Positions 61,953-64,000 of a stretch of DNA of 64,000 bases are shown here, piece by piece. How positions within the stretch are numbered: position 1 is the stretch's first letter; every line of letters starts with the position of its first letter. This DNA is from Carcharhinus longimanus. Lineage: Eukaryota. Under the pieces are notes generated by a model. That model was not told the origin of the DNA. It saw nothing but the letters and a program-made list of their open reading frames with translations, and made no database searches. The stretch covers positions 71,882,224 to 71,946,223 of the forward strand of contig JASCQW010000061.1 of the NCBI GenBank assembly GCA_030264375.1. Direction: 5' to 3'. The position numbers and the translations under genes were made by a program.

Positions 61953-62502
61953 AACCCACAATTGCTCACACTCACCTCACTGAATGTAGAGAGATCACAG
62001 GTCTCACTGATAAGTGCACCATCCATGTGGCCTATGCATAAATGAGCTACTCAACATGTTAAGATGGTGCCTCACTGCAGCCCATCTAATCAGCAGGTGG
62101 AGCCACTGCAAGCTCCTGTCCATGTCACACACAAAGCTCAGATACTGCTCAGGGGGAGGGAAGGGATTAAGTGTCCAGGACGCCAGCAAGTACCGCTAAC
62201 AACACGCCTCTGTGAACCTCATCCTTCAATCTGCACAGGCTCACTGCTCCAAAGGGAGCTATCCCAGAATCCTGGTAGACAGTGCATCAATCACATGACA
62301 CACAATCCAATTGGTTATTGTAAGAATGGAAGCGTGAGAAAGATACCGGAAACCCAGTTGTTCTCAACCCAATCTTCGCCTTGCTCAGCAAAGTTACGGC
62401 ACAATAGGAGACAGAGAAAGACATGGGAGGGCACCAGCCTCAACTGGGAAACTTAAGTTCAAGGAACAGGCAGATGAGCTGGCAGGGGAAGATCCGGACT
62501 GA

Positions 62503-62678
62503 GCACACATACACACCTCTCTCTCCCCCACGCACGCACACGCCTCTGTCTCCCCCACGCAGGCACACGCCTCTCTCTTTGCCTTGCACGCACACACCTC
62601 TCTCTCTCCCCATGCCCGCACATGCCTCCCTCTCCCCCATGCTTCCCTCCCCACACGCACACCTCTCTCTGTCCCACA
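62503..62678 (+). repeat. ~27-bp minisatellite, ~6 degenerate copies
   Basis: Unit cgcacgcacacgcctctgtctccccca. Confidence 0.8.
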
Positions 62679-62689
62679 TGGCATTTTCT

Positions 62690-62965
62690 TTATCAGTTTC
62701 ACAAGTAGGCTTACATTAACACTGCGATGAAGTTGCTGTGAAAATCTCCAAGTCGCCAGACTCCGGTGCCTGTTTGGGTACACTGAAGGAGAATTTAGCA
62801 TGGCTGATGCACCTAACTAGCACATCTTTTGGGCTGTGGGAGGAAACCGGAGCACCTGGAGGAAACCCATGCAGGTCCAGGGAGAATGTGCAGACTCTGC
62901 ACAGACAGTGACCCAAGCCAGGAATCAAACCCAGCAGCAAAGCTATTCGCTGCGCCATCATGCTA
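62690..62965 (-). mobile_element. V-SINE with type B tail
   Basis: cacaagtaggcttacattaacactgcgatgaagttgctgtgaaaatc...ggaaaccggagcacctggaggaaaccc. Confidence 0.88.
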
Positions 62966-64000
62966 CACTCCTCTCTGTCTCACACATACCTTTCTCACAC
63001 ACATGCACATACCTCTCTCTTCTACGTATACACGCACTGATAATGGCTGCTGTACACACCCCCCCACCCCGCACCGTGTTCTGTCCGATTATGGCTACTT
63101 TCCCTCACTCACACACACATCTAATGATGGCTGCCTTTCCCTCCCCTCCTCCCCATCACTCTGATTCTGCCTTTCCTTCTCTCTGCTCTCCGATTCTGCC
63201 TCCCCCCACCCCCGTTCTCCCTGTCACTCTAAAGATGTTTAAATTTGTAGACCTTCACGCTGTTTCTAGTTTGTCCAATCAGGGGTTGGAGTCTGAAGAA
63301 AGCAGCCTCTGATTGTACAAGCAGCTTTGTAGATTTTTAAAAAAAAATGTTACCTATCAGCCTGACCTCCTACTGAACCCGTTTTGGGAAGCCCTGCCCT
63401 AACCATCATTGTTCTTGAATAGGCACATGCCTCTTCTTTAAGCTTCCTTCTCTATAAGTCTCCCCTTCTTCACAAGCTTTCTACTGACACTCAAAAATTG
63501 GGAAGCTAATGTTAACTTTGTTTGTATTAAATATCACTGTACATATGTCAATTCTCATTGGACAGAAGTGAGCACACTGAGCAAGAGGCGATACAATGTT
63601 CACGATGGATTTTGTTAGGATGTTCTATTGTGACAGAGGGCATCCTCATTGGGTACTTTGGAAAGTTTGAACAGTTGGTTGGTGCATTGTGAAACTGTAT
63701 AATCCCCTAAATCACCCCAAAATTATGCTTTTATCCTGCTACTTTAACGTAGCAGAGCCTCTTTGGCAAAAAGCAATACAGCATTGAAAGTTCCTTGTGG
63801 ATCATTTGTAAAGAGGGCACAATCCATGCACTACCTGAGTTATGCTGATAATTTTTAAAATCAATACACAGGATATGGGGAAAGGCCAAAAAGTATTGCT
63901 CATTCCGATACAACTACATGGCTGATCAGCCATTCAGAAGTCAGTTAAGAGATAAGCAGTCTCAATTAAGTCTCAAATCACATTCAGGTCAGACCAGGTT

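Noticed and set aside
62503-62678. CRISPR-like array
   Set aside because: Contiguous tandem units without unique spacers, in vertebrate DNA.
46068-64000. JPH1 preceding exon (..ARELSPDFYQP)
   Set aside because: Not found on the minus strand. It probably lies beyond the window or in a gap.

Overview
Vertebrate genomic DNA, inferred from its repeats (HE1-type V-SINEs, HER1/CR1 LINE tails) to come from a cartilaginous fish, probably a shark. It is a draft assembly with many N gaps. One host gene is recognisable: the 3' half of junctophilin-1 (JPH1) on the minus strand. It comprises a 647-nt coding exon (45421-46067), the transmembrane/stop exon (40813-40908), an intron starting 15 nt after the stop, and an AT-rich ~1.8-kb 3'UTR ending at a poly(A) signal near 38820. 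Upstream JPH1 exons were not found and probably lie beyond 64000. The rest is mostly decayed transposable elements: CR1, L2/CR1-group, RTE, Rex1/Babar and Penelope retroelements, SINEs, LTR-like pieces, and an unusually complete PIF/Harbinger set (transposase plus convergent Myb/SANT-like partner, ~1.2-kb non-autonomous copies, 105-190-bp MITEs with 3-bp TSDs). The most notable observations are (i) a ~330-bp AT-rich segment duplicated in inverted orientation 12 kb away together with a Harbinger end and enclosed by an extra TIR (Pack-TIR-like capture), (ii) hammerhead-ribozyme-like motifs in an inverted Penelope insertion with a 12-bp TSD, (iii) an unexplained exon-shaped 59-codon ORF just downstream of JPH1, and (iv) a MEF2/E-box cluster in the JPH1 intron. 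All calls were made by eye, and repeat boundaries are approximate.
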